Shown: positions 17,318-29,596, numbered from the stretch's first letter. The stretch is 64,000 bases of DNA from an uncultured delta proteobacterium (GCA_963755125.1 CAVWIP010000006.1:32001-96000); one strand, 5' to 3'. The notes: generated by a model not told the origin, from the letters alone. Translations and numbers: made by a program.

Positions 17318-19027
17318 GTGACGAGAGCGGAATCCCAACCTCAGCTCACCGTCGACACCATCCTGCAGGCAGGCCAGCTGGTAGATGGAAAGTACCGAGT
17401 CGAGCACCTGCTTGGGGAAGGCGGAATGGCCGTGGTGTGGGCGGGAACCAATGAACGAACGGGAAAGCAAGTCGCCCTGAAGGTCATTGCGCGGTCCTTG
17501 GCCACGACGCGCGTGGCACAAGGCCTTTTTCGCCGCGAAGTCTTGGCCGCGAGCCTGGTGAACCATCCCAATGTGGTGACGGTCTTCGACGTCATCGAAC
17601 ATGAGGGAATGGCGTGCATCGTGATGGAGCTGCTCGAGGGTGAGCCCCTCGGCAGCTACATAGCGCGCAGGGGATGTCTCGGGGTCAACGAGGCCGCGCT
17701 GCTGCTCTTGCCCGCTATGCGAGGGGTGGCTGCGGCGAATGCAGAGGGCGTGATCCATCGCGATCTCAAGCCGCAGAACATCTTCATTTGCATGGAGCCC
17801 GACGGGCGGATCGTGACCACCAAGGTCTTGGACTTCGGCATCTCGGTCATGGTGAAGGGAGGCCTGGAATTTTCGGCAGAGCCCACCTTGGCCATGGGAA
17901 CGCCCGCGTACATGTCTCCCGAACACATCCTAGGCGTGCCAGACATCGACGGACGCGCCGACGTGTACGGCTTCGGTTTGTTGCTGTACGAATCTTTGAC
18001 CGGAAAGATGGCGTTCCCGGAAGAGCCTGGCCCACTGCTCGTTGACTCCATTTTCCACGAGGCCCCAGTGCCCGTGACGGTGGCGCGTCCCGAATTGCCG
18101 GCTGGTTTGGTGCGCATTATCGAGAAGGCGATGGCCAAGGATCGCGACCAGCGCTATGCGGACGTGAACTTGCTGGTGATGGCCCTGGAAGACGAGCTGA
18201 TGCCTCCCACCCCGGCACCTCGTTTGCTCACGCCGCCGGCGGGAGTGCCGTCGCGTGCCGCGCACGATCGCCGGTCCGGGGCTCACACGGCCGCGGTGTG
18301 GGGCGTTCTCAACAAGGAGCCGTCTGGACAGCATCAGGGAAGACGGATTCCATTGGCATTTCCCCAGCAACGCGAGGGCAAGGACAACGCCGCCCGTGAA
18401 CGACTCAACGGTGGCAACGCTGGATCGAAAGCTGGGCGGGAAGAGGCAGCATCCCCCCTGCCAGTCACAGATCGCGCAACGGCTTTGGTGGCTCTGAGGG
18501 CTCCGCTGCGGAAGACGCGCTCTTCCGGTGTCGGGGCTCGCTCTGTCCTTCGAGGGTGGGGTGGCTTGGTGGGAGCGGGGCTCGCGGTCACGATGGGCTT
18601 CTTCGCGGTGTCAGTGGCCATGCGAGGCACCCGCACGGTGCAAACACACACGCCAACGCCTATCGCGAATGCTGCGCCGCCAGCCAGGGAACCCCTGGTG
18701 CAGCCGGTCGTCCCTGCGTCAAGCGCAACCGTCCAGCCGGTGGCGGTTCGGGCGTTTTCGACCATTTCACCATCACCCCCTGCTCCAAGCGTGCGCGCAA
18801 CGCACGGGCACACCGTGCGTCCTGTGCGTGATGCGCCCGTTGTAGCCGCTCCCAAGCGGCCACTCGTGGCGGCGCGAGAGACCTCGAACGATGTCCCGCC
18901 GCGACGGCAGGCTGTGCGCGGAGCCTCCGGCAGGGTTGAAGCGGCACAGGCGCCGCCATCGCTGCGGAGGGCTGGTTTCTCGGCGCCAGCGTTACGCGCC
19001 GGTGCTCTCTCCAGGGACGATTTCTAG
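17318..19027 (+). CDS. Membrane-anchored Ser/Thr protein kinase
   Basis: [36 protein letters not shown] segment followed by a Pro-rich tail. Start uncertain (17177-17318). Confidence 0.9.
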   Translation: MTRAESQPQLTVDTILQAGQLVDGKYRVEHLLGEGGMAVVWAGTNERTGKQVALKVIARSLATTRVAQGLFRREVLAASLVNHPNVVTVFDVIEHEGMACIVMELLEGEPLGSYIARRGCLGVNEAALLLLPAMRGVAAANAEGVIHRDLKPQNIFICMEPDGRIVTTKVLDFGISVMVKGGLEFSAEPTLAMGTPAYMSPEHILGVPDIDGRADVYGFGLLLYESLTGKMAFPEEPGPLLVDSIFHEAPVPVTVARPELPAGLVRIIEKAMAKDRDQRYADVNLLVMALEDELMPPTPAPRLLTPPAGVPSRAAHDRRSGAHTAAVWGVLNKEPSGQHQGRRIPLAFPQQREGKDNAARERLNGGNAGSKAGREEAASPLPVTDRATALVALRAPLRKTRSSGVGARSVLRGWGGLVGAGLAVTMGFFAVSVAMRGTRTVQTHTPTPIANAAPPAREPLVQPVVPASSATVQPVAVRAFSTISPSPPAPSVRATHGHTVRPVRDAPVVAAPKRPLVAARETSNDVPPRRQAVRGASGRVEAAQAPPSLRRAGFSAPALRAGALSRDDF

Positions 19028-19045
19028 AGCAGGATCCCTGAATCC

Positions 19046-19081
19046 GTCTGCGTCCCCGCCCTGGCCCCATGTTTTGAACCC
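19046..19081 (-). repeat. Degenerate inverted arm (right boundary of accessory block 1)
   Basis: GTCTGCGTCCCCGCCC matches the reverse complement of 7407-7422 at 14/16, followed by a weak CCCCATGTTTTGAACCC match to CCCCTGCTCCGAATCCC. Confidence 0.35.
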
Positions 19082-19085
19082 GATG

Positions 19086-20003
19086 TCACGCTCGCACGCG
19101 CAGCGCGCCTGGCAGAAGCTGGAAACTGGCAGGCAGGTGACCGGGGGTCTCGCCATCGATCTCCAGCGTGATCTTCGCCTCGCGCTCAGCAGGCGCAACG
19201 TTCATCCGGCGGAGCCGCGTGCCCTGGACTTCTTTCATGGTCAGATGGTTGCCGCTGTACAGGCGGTGCATGTTGGCCATGGCCCCGATGCGGCTCAGGT
19301 CGCCGACGGTGACCAGATCGAAGAGGCCGTCGTCGAGCAAGGCCTCGGGGCAGATCTTCATGCCGCCGCCGAAGAAGCGCCCATTTCCAACCGCTGCCAT
19401 GACCAGGCGCATGCGCCGCTCAGGCCGGTCATCCAGCGAGAGCACGACATCGACGTTGTCGTAGGCGACCAGGGAACGGACAGTGGCCGAGAGAAAAGCG
19501 ACGCGGCCGCCCAGCCGCTTCGAGGACGCGTTCGCCTGCCGTGCCACATCGCTGGAAAAGCCGAACGAGACGACGTTGACGAAGTGGCGCGCGGCCTGGG
19601 AGCCGTCGTCGGCGATGAAGGACACGAAACCCGCGTCGATGGTACGGGCTGGCTTGTCGCGGATACGGCGGGCCGCCTCGCCCACGTCGTCGTCGAGATC
19701 CAGGCTGCGGCGGAAGTCGCCACCGGTGCCGCGCGGGATGATGCCCAGCTCGGACCGGCCGCCAGCAGCGAGAATGCCGTCGGCAACCTCGGAAACAGTC
19801 CCATCACCGCCCATGGCCACGATGAGGCCGCGCCCGGCCGTCGCCTCCTCGCGGGCGATGCGCCGGCCGTCGCCCTTGGCCTCGGTGAAACGCAGGTCGA
19901 CGGGGCCCAGGCCATCGGTGAGCGGGCCGACAAGAGCGGCCCAGCGTCGCTGGCTGAGCCCGCCCCCGGAGCGGGGATTGACGATCACGACCGGTCGTTG
20001 CAC
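19086..20003 (-). CDS. Diacylglycerol/lipid kinase family protein (YegS/BmrU-like)
   Basis: [40 protein letters not shown]. Confidence 0.92.
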   Translation of the reverse strand: MQRPVVIVNPRSGGGLSQRRWAALVGPLTDGLGPVDLRFTEAKGDGRRIAREEATAGRGLIVAMGGDGTVSEVADGILAAGGRSELGIIPRGTGGDFRRSLDLDDDVGEAARRIRDKPARTIDAGFVSFIADDGSQAARHFVNVVSFGFSSDVARQANASSKRLGGRVAFLSATVRSLVAYDNVDVVLSLDDRPERRMRLVMAAVGNGRFFGGGMKICPEALLDDGLFDLVTVGDLSRIGAMANMHRLYSGNHLTMKEVQGTRLRRMNVAPAEREAKITLEIDGETPGHLPASFQLLPGALRVRA

Positions 20004-20087
20004 GCGGCAGCCAGGTTAGCACGAAGCGGGTGCGGCACGCGGCGCCGGGACTGGTCAGCCGGCAAAATCGAGTACACTACGCGCCCG

Positions 20088-21770
<1,683 letters not shown>

Positions 21771-21787
21771 GATGGTTTCCTCCCGCA

Positions 21788-21816
21788 TTGCAGATGGGGC
21801 GTCTTCCCGGTACGCT
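21788..21816 (+). promoter_or_regulatory. sigma70-type promoter giving a probable leaderless mRNA
   Basis: TTGCAG-N17-TACGCT, 7 nt before ATG 21824; no RBS. Confidence 0.5.
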
Positions 21817-21823
21817 ATCTATA

Positions 21824-22027
21824 ATGATTCCCAACGTCGATTTTGAACGGGCCATTGCGCAATGGAAGATCCGCAGGCAGGGTGGCCAGGTGGCCACGCA
21901 GGCCGAGGAAGTTGCCTCGGGAGCCGTGGTGGGCGAGATGGCGCTCGCCAACGCCGAGCCGGGACTGCTCTCGGGCGAGATCGACAGCAGCGGTCCGACC
22001 CGGAACGACTTCGACCCCGAGAGCTAG
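21824..22027 (+). CDS. Small hypothetical protein (67 aa)
   Basis: MIPNVDFERAIAQWKIRRQGG...; well-placed promoter and host-like codon usage. Confidence 0.65.
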   Translation: MIPNVDFERAIAQWKIRRQGGQVATQAEEVASGAVVGEMALANAEPGLLSGEIDSSGPTRNDFDPES

Positions 22028-22032
22028 TCGCG

Positions 22033-22212
22033 TGGGGGGCCGAAGGGCGAAACGAACTTTCCCAGGGTTCCCATGAACGCGTGGGCGAAGGCGGGCTAAG
22101 CCCGCCGGAGCCAGAGCGCGGGAGGGGTTGGCGAGGCCGAGCGAAGCGAGCGGGGAGGAGGTGGCGGGTGGGGGGGCCGAAGGGCGAAGCGAACCCTCCC
22201 AGGGTTCCCATG
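22033..22212. repeat. REP-like composite repeat (GCGAAGC family), two tandem units
   Basis: GGGGGGCCGAAGGGCGAA.CGAAC...AGGGTTCCCATG occurs twice; 22118-22212 is near-identical to 33931-34024. Confidence 0.85.
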
Positions 22213-22758
22213 TTAGAAGTACGCCCGCACGCCCAGGCCGATGTCGATGGTGAAGTCCAGGGGCGGGAAGACCACCAGAGCGGGCGCGATCTCGAGATAG
22301 GCTTCAAGGAAGCTGGGGCGCCGGAATGTGACGGCGAGCCCGATGGGAACCCGGGCCAGGAGCACCAAGTCGTGGCCGAGGTCGTTGGACCCGTAGGCCC
22401 ACATGATCACCCGGCCGCCCAGGCCCGCATACCAGTCGAGACGGTTCGTCATGTTGACGATGTTCTCTTGGTACAGGTAGTCCGCGTGTACGCTGATGTC
22501 GTGATTGAGGCTGCCGCAACGGTAGGTCTGGCCGGCCGCATTGGTACACCAATCGTAGCCCCAGCCGCCGAACCCGAGCCCGAAGTCGAAGGCGTTGCTA
22601 CCTCCGGCAAAGAGCTTGGCGGTGATGGCCGTGGGCTCGCCGAGCTGGAAGCCAACGCCGAAGTTGCGCGAGGTCCCGACCTCGGTTGCCCGCGCGCGAC
22701 TTGCTCCGAGGAAGACGATTGCCGTAGCCGCCAACGTGAGAAGAATGGAACGCTTCAT
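22213..22758 (-). CDS. Small outer-membrane beta-barrel protein (DUF3996-like)
   Basis: Signal peptide; FGVGFQLGEPTAITAK; alternating beta strands; C-terminal GLGVRAYF barrel signature. Confidence 0.8.
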   Translation of the reverse strand: MKRSILLTLAATAIVFLGASRARATEVGTSRNFGVGFQLGEPTAITAKLFAGGSNAFDFGLGFGGWGYDWCTNAAGQTYRCGSLNHDISVHADYLYQENIVNMTNRLDWYAGLGGRVIMWAYGSNDLGHDLVLLARVPIGLAVTFRRPSFLEAYLEIAPALVVFPPLDFTIDIGLGVRAYF

Positions 22759-22839
22759 GGGCTACCATCCTAGTACGTCTTCGGACCGATCGATCCGTAG
22801 ATTTCTGACCTCGCCTCCGGTCAGTCGAGAGGATAAACC

Positions 22840-24981
22840 TTGGGCGTCTTGACCCGCCGCTCTGTTGTCGTGCTTGCACTGCTGCTCTCCCTGCTGGCCG
22901 GGAGCCCGGCAGCCTGCCGTCGTGGGGGGACGCGCTCGCCGGTCCGCGTGCCGGCGCCCGCTTCCGCGCCCGCGACTCCTGCGCCCGCGGCGCGCGCCGA
23001 GACACCAGCCCCGCCGAGCAAGCCTGATCCCGACGCTCTGCCTGAGGCCGCTTCGCCGGCCGAACGTCGTGCCATCCAGGTCGTGGCCGGGCAGGAGCGG
23101 GTGGTCGACGCCGAGCAAGCCGTGAAGCGCGGGTTGACTCTGGTGGATCTTTCCGACGGCTGGGCGCCCTACATTTTTCAGGACGGCAAGGCGGCCGATG
23201 GCGCGATCCTGCCCAATCGCTACCGGGCCGTTTTCGTCGGGCTGGCCAATGACCGCACGGACGGTGACGGCCAAGCTTTGCCACCCGGCGAACGCAACTA
23301 CCTCGAACTCTACGGTATCCCGCCTTCGCTCTCGGTGCTGCGCGCGCGCTTTCTCGCCGACGCTGCCCGCACCTGCGAGGCCGGCGTGGACAACGCGCGC
23401 CTTCTCGCGGTGGACAGCATCGAGACCTTCGGACACACCACCGAGAAGAAGGAAGCGACCAAGCACCGGCAGCGTGGACTGCGCCTGGAGGCCGCGCGGG
23501 CCAAGGCCGGCGCCGCCACCCTGGAGGCGCTGGCGGCCGCTGACCCTCGCTACGCGGGCGAGGTGAAGACCCACCAGCGGGTCGAGGCCGAGCGCGCCGC
23601 CTTCGCCGAGGTGGAGAAGCGCCTGGTTTGCGAGGGATTGATGGATGCGGCCAAGCACAAGCCGGGCGTGTACGACGCGCCCATGCGTTCTGCCGTGCTG
23701 GATTTTCAGCAGAAGAACGACGTCTTCGCCCAGGCCGACCTCACGCGCGCCACCCTGGAGGCCATGGCCCGGCCGCTTCTGGCCAACGACTTCGCAACCC
23801 TGCGCAGGGTTCTGGCCGAACGGGCCGCACACGCTGGCAACTTCGTCGAGGACGGCAGCGCCATCGGCGCTATGCCGCCCGCCAAGCACGGCAGGCCGCG
23901 TGCGCTTCCCAGCTATCGGACCGCCGACGGGAAAGTGGTGACCGTTCCGGACCTGGTGGGTCAAGCCACCGATGCCTTGATGGCGCGGCTGGGCCTGTCC
24001 TCGCCCGAGGAGGCGCTTGCCCTTTTTCGTCGCCACCCGGAAAGCGATTTTCTCTGGTTAAGGGCCGCTGTACGCTTTCCCGACCTGCCCGAGTACTACG
24101 GACCCAAGATGGACCTTGTCGCAGAGATCGACCGCGGCGACGTCTGGTACGATTTCCCCTTTGACAGCAAGGGCAACCGGGTGCCCCAGCCGCGCAATCG
24201 CTTTCCGACTTTCAACCTCTACGTGCGCTGGCGTGGAGACAAGGTTCCCCTGGTGAGCTGGCGCACCACCATCGGCGGCTGGCGCTCCGAGCTTGCCAGC
24301 GACGGCGAGGAGTACTACCGCTACAAAGGATCGGACGTGGGCAAGCGGGTGTGGCGGCACATCGTATCTGCGCCAGTGTGGCTGCCACCGCCTAGCTCGC
24401 CCCTGGCGTCGATGGTGAAGACCAAGTGGGTCGCAGGCGGATATCCTCGTGTGGTCAACTACGACGAGACCGGACCGGGATTCTTGTCGGCCTATGGCCT
24501 GGTGGCGGGCATCCACGTGCAGGCCAAGCAGCGCGGCGAAGGCGTCGCCTATTTCGACAACGGCATTCGCACCCACGGCTCGTCCGACTATCTGTCGTTG
24601 CGCGGCCGCTTCTCGCACGGCTGCCACCGCCTGTACAACAACCTGGCCGTGCGCCTGTTTTCGTTCGTGCTCAAGCACCGGCGTGCCAAGGTGCTCGGGC
24701 CCATGGCGCTGGGCTTCCGGCGCACCTTCTACTGGGACGGGGAGGTGTTCGAGATGCGCCTGCCCACGCGCGGCTTCTACTACGAGTTGGATCCACCTTT
24801 GCCGGTCGAGACGCTGAAGGGAAAGATCGTGGGGCACGCGCAGCAACCCATGACCGACTACGTCCGCAAACCCGGCGTGACCTACGCCAACAGCAATCTG
24901 CCGTCGGCGCCCACCGGGCCGGAGAGCAAGGCGGGTGGAGGCGGCCGAGCCGAACCCGGCCCAGAGGGCAAGGCACCATGA
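22840..24981 (+). CDS. Exported L,D-transpeptidase (YkuD-like) with peptidoglycan-binding-like region
   Basis: Signal peptide; G.YD..MR.AV..FQ (PG-binding-like); P.W.PP; IRTHGS...FSHGCHRL catalytic His/Cys motif. Confidence 0.85.
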   Translation: MGVLTRRSVVVLALLLSLLAGSPAACRRGGTRSPVRVPAPASAPATPAPAARAETPAPPSKPDPDALPEAASPAERRAIQVVAGQERVVDAEQAVKRGLTLVDLSDGWAPYIFQDGKAADGAILPNRYRAVFVGLANDRTDGDGQALPPGERNYLELYGIPPSLSVLRARFLADAARTCEAGVDNARLLAVDSIETFGHTTEKKEATKHRQRGLRLEAARAKAGAATLEALAAADPRYAGEVKTHQRVEAERAAFAEVEKRLVCEGLMDAAKHKPGVYDAPMRSAVLDFQQKNDVFAQADLTRATLEAMARPLLANDFATLRRVLAERAAHAGNFVEDGSAIGAMPPAKHGRPRALPSYRTADGKVVTVPDLVGQATDALMARLGLSSPEEALALFRRHPESDFLWLRAAVRFPDLPEYYGPKMDLVAEIDRGDVWYDFPFDSKGNRVPQPRNRFPTFNLYVRWRGDKVPLVSWRTTIGGWRSELASDGEEYYRYKGSDVGKRVWRHIVSAPVWLPPPSSPLASMVKTKWVAGGYPRVVNYDETGPGFLSAYGLVAGIHVQAKQRGEGVAYFDNGIRTHGSSDYLSLRGRFSHGCHRLYNNLAVRLFSFVLKHRRAKVLGPMALGFRRTFYWDGEVFEMRLPTRGFYYELDPPLPVETLKGKIVGHAQQPMTDYVRKPGVTYANSNLPSAPTGPESKAGGGGRAEPGPEGKAP

Positions 24982-25565
24982 GCGCTCGCGTGTTGTGCCC
25001 GACCTGCCTGGTATTGACCCTCGCGGTTGGTTGCCGCGGACCATCTGTAGACCACAGGCCAACACCCACAGCTGACACGGCTTCGACTGATCGAGTGGCG
25101 GCGCTGTCAAGAGACTCGTCGCTGCATGCGCCAGCGTCGTCTGCGCCGAAGCGTGAGTCGGCCGATACGATGCCCAAGGCTGCCCGTGCCGCAGCGCCTG
25201 CCAGCGAAAGTGCGAAGGCCGAAGACGACCTGCAGTCCGAGGAGCGAGAAGCGAACCCCTTGTCGGAAATGGTGACTCTGACCCTGTCCATCAGTCCGCC
25301 GGTCAAAGCGGTGGTCATGTGGGGCAGCAAGCAACTCGCTCGCATCGCGCCTGACAACCCGACCGTCGAGCTGCAGCGCCCGCGCAGTTCGGGCCCGCTC
25401 GATCTCGACATTCGCGCCGAGGGTTTTCTGCCGCACCACACGCGCCTGTATTCCGACCGCAACGACAAGGTGAATGTGCGCCTGGTGCGTCCGGCGGAAG
25501 CAACGGGCCTTCTCGGCTATCGCAGCTCGGGCGCGGCTGCGGCGGTCAAGGGCAAGACGAAGTAG
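24978..25565 (+). CDS. Hypothetical lipoprotein
   Basis: ATGA overlap with the upstream gene; lipobox-like LAVGC; PEGA-like C-terminal beta domain. Confidence 0.7.
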   Translation: MSARVLCPTCLVLTLAVGCRGPSVDHRPTPTADTASTDRVAALSRDSSLHAPASSAPKRESADTMPKAARAAAPASESAKAEDDLQSEEREANPLSEMVTLTLSISPPVKAVVMWGSKQLARIAPDNPTVELQRPRSSGPLDLDIRAEGFLPHHTRLYSDRNDKVNVRLVRPAEATGLLGYRSSGAAAAVKGKTK

Positions 25566-25584
25566 GCAATAGGTCAGATCACCG

Positions 25585-28212
25585 CTATCGTCGCCGACGG
25601 GGCGCGAGAGGCTTGCTGCTGCGCCGGCTGCCTGGGCGCGGCCGCTTGCTGCGCGGAGGCGCGGCGCTGCTGGGGCCGCTTGCCGGCGGCGTGGCCGGGA
25701 GCGGCGGTCGCACTTGGTTCTCTAGACCCTCGAGGCGTTCGCGCAAACGGGTCGATTCGCCGGCCAGTCGTTCCACCTCATCGGAAAGCTTGCGCAGCTT
25801 TTCCTCGGGTTTGCCCCTTTCGCGCAGCTCGCCGATGGCCTCGCGCATGCGCCGCTTGGCGCGTCCATCCAGTTCGGCGTGCAGGGCCGCCTCGATGGCG
25901 GGCACCGCGCGGGCGTCAGCTAGGGCAGCCAGCCCCGAGGCGGCATCCATGCGCACGCGGAAGTCAGGATCGCAAAGCCAGCCTTCGAGACATTCGCGGG
26001 CGTGACGCGCATGCAGGGTTCCCTCGGCCAGGCGGGCCAGGGCGCCCACGATGGCGCGGCGGGCGTAGATCGATGCGCCAGGCGCGAAAGCAGCCTCGAC
26101 CAGCGGCAGCGCCGCCTCATCTCCCGTGGCGCCCAGCCCATCGATGGCTCGGGCGCGAATCATATCCTGGAAGGAGTTGCGCGAGAGCAACCCGGAAAGC
26201 ACGGCGGCCGCACGAGGCGAGCGGGTGCGGCCCAGGGCCAGCGCGGCTGCGGCTTCCACGAAGCAGCTCGCATCGCCTCCAGCGACCCAGCCTTCGAGCA
26301 GTTCGGCCGCACGCTGATTGCCGGGCGCGTGGGTGACCACGAAATCGCCCAGCGCAGCGGCCACCGCGCGCCGCACGCGCGGATTTTCCTGCTCGCGTGC
26401 TTTCAGCAAAGCGTCGAGCGCGTCCTGCCGTCTGGTCTTGCCAAGTGCCGCGGCTGCAGCCGCGCGCACGGCCCAGAACGAGTCGCTTTCCAGCGCCGCG
26501 GCCAGGGCCGCAACCGTGGCCGGCTCGGGCAAGTCGGCGAGTGCACGCGCAGCCAGTACGCGATCGACGCCCAGGCGCGCGGCCTGCAGTTGTCTCTCCC
26601 ACAGGGCGCGCGGCTTCTTCAGCTTGATGCTCTTGAGCACCACGTCGCCGGGATCGAAGATGACCTGGGTGGGGCGTGCGGCCAAATGGAACTCGAAGGC
26701 GTGGCTGCGCTGGTCCACCTCTACGGTCTCCTCGCGCCGCACGCCCTCGACTTCGAAGAGCACCCGGGTGGTGAATCGCGGCGGGCGATCGCTGGATTGC
26801 TTCTGCTCCAGGCGAAGGGTGCCGGCCTTCTTGTCTGCGTCCCATTCCCAGGCGCCCTCCAACTCGGGGTGACCGGGGCTGCCCACCCACTGGTCGAAGA
26901 ACCAGTCCAGGTTGCGACTGGTCGCTTCCTCGACGGCACGGGCCAGGTCGCGCGTCTCCACTGAGCCGCGCGCGTGGCGCTCGCCGTACAGTCGCAGGGC
27001 GCGCCAGAAATTGTCCTCGCCCAGTTCGTGGCGAAGCATGTGCAGCACGCGACCGCCCTTTTCGTACAGGTGGCGATCGAATAGATCGATGGGTGCCTCG
27101 TATTGACGACAGACAAGCGGACGCTGATACGTGCCTGCCTCGCCCAGGTAGGCGTCGAGGTCTCCCAGCAGCTCCACGTCGGCCTCGTCGCGACCGCGCG
27201 TGTGTTCCCGCCACACGTATTCGAAATAGGTGGCGAAGCCTTCGTTCAGCCAAGCCTCGGGCCACTCGCGGCAGGTGAGCAGGTCGCCCCACCACTGGTG
27301 GGCCAGTTCGTGGGAAACCAAGCCTTCGACGTCGTGGTCCAGGGCTGCTCGCTGGTCGAGCATGGCTTCGGAGGTGAGGGTGGTGGCGGTGGTGTTCTCC
27401 ATGCCGCCGAAGATGAAGTCGTGCACGAAAACCTGGCTGTAGCGGCGGTGCGGGTAGGGGACGCCAATCCGCCGGGAGAAGAAGTCGATCATTTCGGGTG
27501 TGCGTCCCAGGCTGCGGCGCGTGTCCTCTTCGCGCCCCTTGGGTGCGTAGTAGTAGACGTCGACCCCAGTCTCCGGCGCGCGTTCTTTCAGTTCGGTGAA
27601 GGGGCCGCACACCAGGGTCACCAGATATGGCGAATGAGGCAGGTCGAGCACGTAGTGCCAGCGGGTGCGGCCGTCGGGCAGGTCGCTCTTGTCAGCGAGA
27701 TCGCCGTTGGAGAGGACGGTGACGCCGGCCGGGACGGTACAGAAGACCTCGCTGGAGGCCTTTTCGACCGGAAGATCGACGCAGGGCCAGTAGAAGCGCG
27801 AGTCGTCATCCTGACCCTGGCTCCAGCATTCCAGCGGGTGGTCGGGATGGGCCTGGTCGGGCCCGACGAAGTAGAGACCCCGGCGCGGCTTGCAGCGGTA
27901 GTCGACGACCAAGGTGAAGCGCGCGCCGCGCGTGAAGGCCCGGCCCAGTTCGATGCGCAGGCGCTCACCATCGTAATCGATTCCAGACACCGGCTTTCCG
28001 TCGACACTGACCTGCTCGATGGTCATGTCCACGGCGTTCAGTTCGACCTTGTCCAGCCCATCCTGGCGCGCCGTCAGGGATAGGCGCGATTGACCGTGCA
28101 GGGTGCGCGCAGCCATGTCTGGCTCGAAGCTGAGACGGACATGGCTGACGGCGACCGGGCGGTCGGGAACGTAGTGGGTGGCGGTGCCGGGGGGCGCGAA
28201 CGGTCTGGGCAT
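25585..28212 (-). CDS. pepN: M1-family aminopeptidase N with HEAT repeats
   Basis: GGMEN, HELAHQWWG...WLNEGFATY zinc motif, YEKG, HEAT repeats, C-terminal coiled coil; GGAGG RBS. Confidence 0.92.
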   Translation of the reverse strand: MPRPFAPPGTATHYVPDRPVAVSHVRLSFEPDMAARTLHGQSRLSLTARQDGLDKVELNAVDMTIEQVSVDGKPVSGIDYDGERLRIELGRAFTRGARFTLVVDYRCKPRRGLYFVGPDQAHPDHPLECWSQGQDDDSRFYWPCVDLPVEKASSEVFCTVPAGVTVLSNGDLADKSDLPDGRTRWHYVLDLPHSPYLVTLVCGPFTELKERAPETGVDVYYYAPKGREEDTRRSLGRTPEMIDFFSRRIGVPYPHRRYSQVFVHDFIFGGMENTTATTLTSEAMLDQRAALDHDVEGLVSHELAHQWWGDLLTCREWPEAWLNEGFATYFEYVWREHTRGRDEADVELLGDLDAYLGEAGTYQRPLVCRQYEAPIDLFDRHLYEKGGRVLHMLRHELGEDNFWRALRLYGERHARGSVETRDLARAVEEATSRNLDWFFDQWVGSPGHPELEGAWEWDADKKAGTLRLEQKQSSDRPPRFTTRVLFEVEGVRREETVEVDQRSHAFEFHLAARPTQVIFDPGDVVLKSIKLKKPRALWERQLQAARLGVDRVLAARALADLPEPATVAALAAALESDSFWAVRAAAAAALGKTRRQDALDALLKAREQENPRVRRAVAAALGDFVVTHAPGNQRAAELLEGWVAGGDASCFVEAAAALALGRTRSPRAAAVLSGLLSRNSFQDMIRARAIDGLGATGDEAALPLVEAAFAPGASIYARRAIVGALARLAEGTLHARHARECLEGWLCDPDFRVRMDAASGLAALADARAVPAIEAALHAELDGRAKRRMREAIGELRERGKPEEKLRKLSDEVERLAGESTRLRERLEGLENQVRPPLPATPPASGPSSAAPPRSKRPRPGSRRSSKPLAPRRRR

Positions 28213-28294
28213 GGTGCAAGGGCCTCCGAAGAATCCCTGACGTTAGCGCGAAAGCGAGGGCATTCGCTACTCTGCCCTTGCTATATCTCGGTCC

Positions 28295-28750
28295 ATGGAT
28301 CCGAATTTGAAACCGGTTCGCCACAGCGCCCTCATGGCGGGCGTGACGCCAGCCGAGGTTCTTGCCGTGGTGGTGGATTTTCCCGCTTATCCGCGCCTGT
28401 TTCCCGAGATCAAGCAGGCATGCGTTCTGCGCAGCGAGGAGGGCAGGGTGCGTGTCGAGTTTCGTGGGAACCTGCTGCTGCCCTTTCGCTACGTGCTGGA
28501 CCTGGACTGCGACGCGCAGGCGGGAACCGTGAGCTGGACCTACGTCGAGGGCGAGGTGGTGAAGAACTCGACGGGAGGCTGGCGCTTTTCAGCCGAGGCT
28601 GGCGGAACGCGGGTGGACTACGAGGTGGCCCTGTGCATCGATGCGCCCCTGCCAGGCTTTCTGCTGCGCAAGATCACCGATGGCTTGGTGACTCTGTCGT
28701 TGCCCGCCATGTTCACTTCCATCGAGCGCGAAGTCGGGAGGAGGAGATAG
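28295..28750 (+). CDS. SRPBCC / polyketide cyclase-like (START-fold) protein
   Basis: VLAVVVDFPAYPRLFPEI, G.W, TRVDY, P.PGF patterns. Confidence 0.85.
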   Translation: MDPNLKPVRHSALMAGVTPAEVLAVVVDFPAYPRLFPEIKQACVLRSEEGRVRVEFRGNLLLPFRYVLDLDCDAQAGTVSWTYVEGEVVKNSTGGWRFSAEAGGTRVDYEVALCIDAPLPGFLLRKITDGLVTLSLPAMFTSIEREVGRRR

Positions 28751-28771
28751 GGGCGGCGTTGTCGGTGACGT

Positions 28772-29503
28772 TCATTCAGATCCGGTGAGTAGCAGGCGTT
28801 CGCGGTCGACATGAGCCACCATGCGCGCGAGGCGGCCGTCGACCTCGATGGCGGCGAGAAGGTCAGTGGCCACGCGCGTGTAGGTGGGTCGATCGATCTC
28901 GCCCAGCAGAAGCCGCGTGCGCAGAAACACGAACGCCGTCTGTGCCACGTCGGACAGGCAATACTGGCGCAGGATCTCGATCTGACCGGCGCGATACAGG
29001 CCCTCGACCTGGCTGCCGTCAAGGCCCTCTTCCTTGCCGGGCAGCCCGATGAGACGGGCCGCCCCGTGCAGGGAGCTCATGCGGGCAGCGCCAAAATCGG
29101 CGAGGAAGTCGCCCAGATCCCAATGCCCTTCGGCGCTGAATCGGTAGCGGAAGCCGGGCTCGCGGTAGTACCAGGGCAGGCTGATGCCGTAGCGGAGACT
29201 GCGCAGGATCAGCACAGGCAGATCGAAGCCGCGTCCGTTCCAGGTGACCAGGCGGGGTTTCCACTTGGCCATGAACTCGGCGAAATCGGCGAGCATGCCC
29301 GCCTCGTCCTTGGCCTCGCTGATGGTCCCCATCTTCTTGCACGCCATGTGCTCGTCCAGCCACATCACCCCGATGACCACGGGCTTGCAGGCGTAGAGCG
29401 GTGGGAAAGGACGTTCGGCACCGGGCGTGGGCTGTGGCGGCGTGTAGAGATCGCCGTCGGGGATGGTCTCGATGTCGAGCACGAGATGCGTCAGGGCTGA
29501 CAT
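28772..29503 (-). CDS. Stand-alone DEDDy 3'-5' exonuclease (PolB-exo-like)
   Basis: ExoI LDIET, ExoII WNGRGFD, ExoIII YCLSD. Confidence 0.88.
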   Translation of the reverse strand: MSALTHLVLDIETIPDGDLYTPPQPTPGAERPFPPLYACKPVVIGVMWLDEHMACKKMGTISEAKDEAGMLADFAEFMAKWKPRLVTWNGRGFDLPVLILRSLRYGISLPWYYREPGFRYRFSAEGHWDLGDFLADFGAARMSSLHGAARLIGLPGKEEGLDGSQVEGLYRAGQIEILRQYCLSDVAQTAFVFLRTRLLLGEIDRPTYTRVATDLLAAIEVDGRLARMVAHVDRERLLLTGSE

Positions 29504-29596
29504 GGCAGGCCACATTGTACCCAAGCTGGTTTACATCGGCCGTGGTTATCGATCGTGCATGCCGCATTCCAACCGACTACTGTCAAGAGAGAGGCC

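Noticed and set aside
18891..20087. N-terminal extension making EttA 959 aa
   Set aside because: It is the antisense of the lipid kinase gene; the EttA-like sequence starts at ATG 20088.
22033..22212. CRISPR array
   Set aside because: Only two imperfect units, no regular repeat-spacer pattern and no cas genes; copies are dispersed, which fits REP-like repeats.
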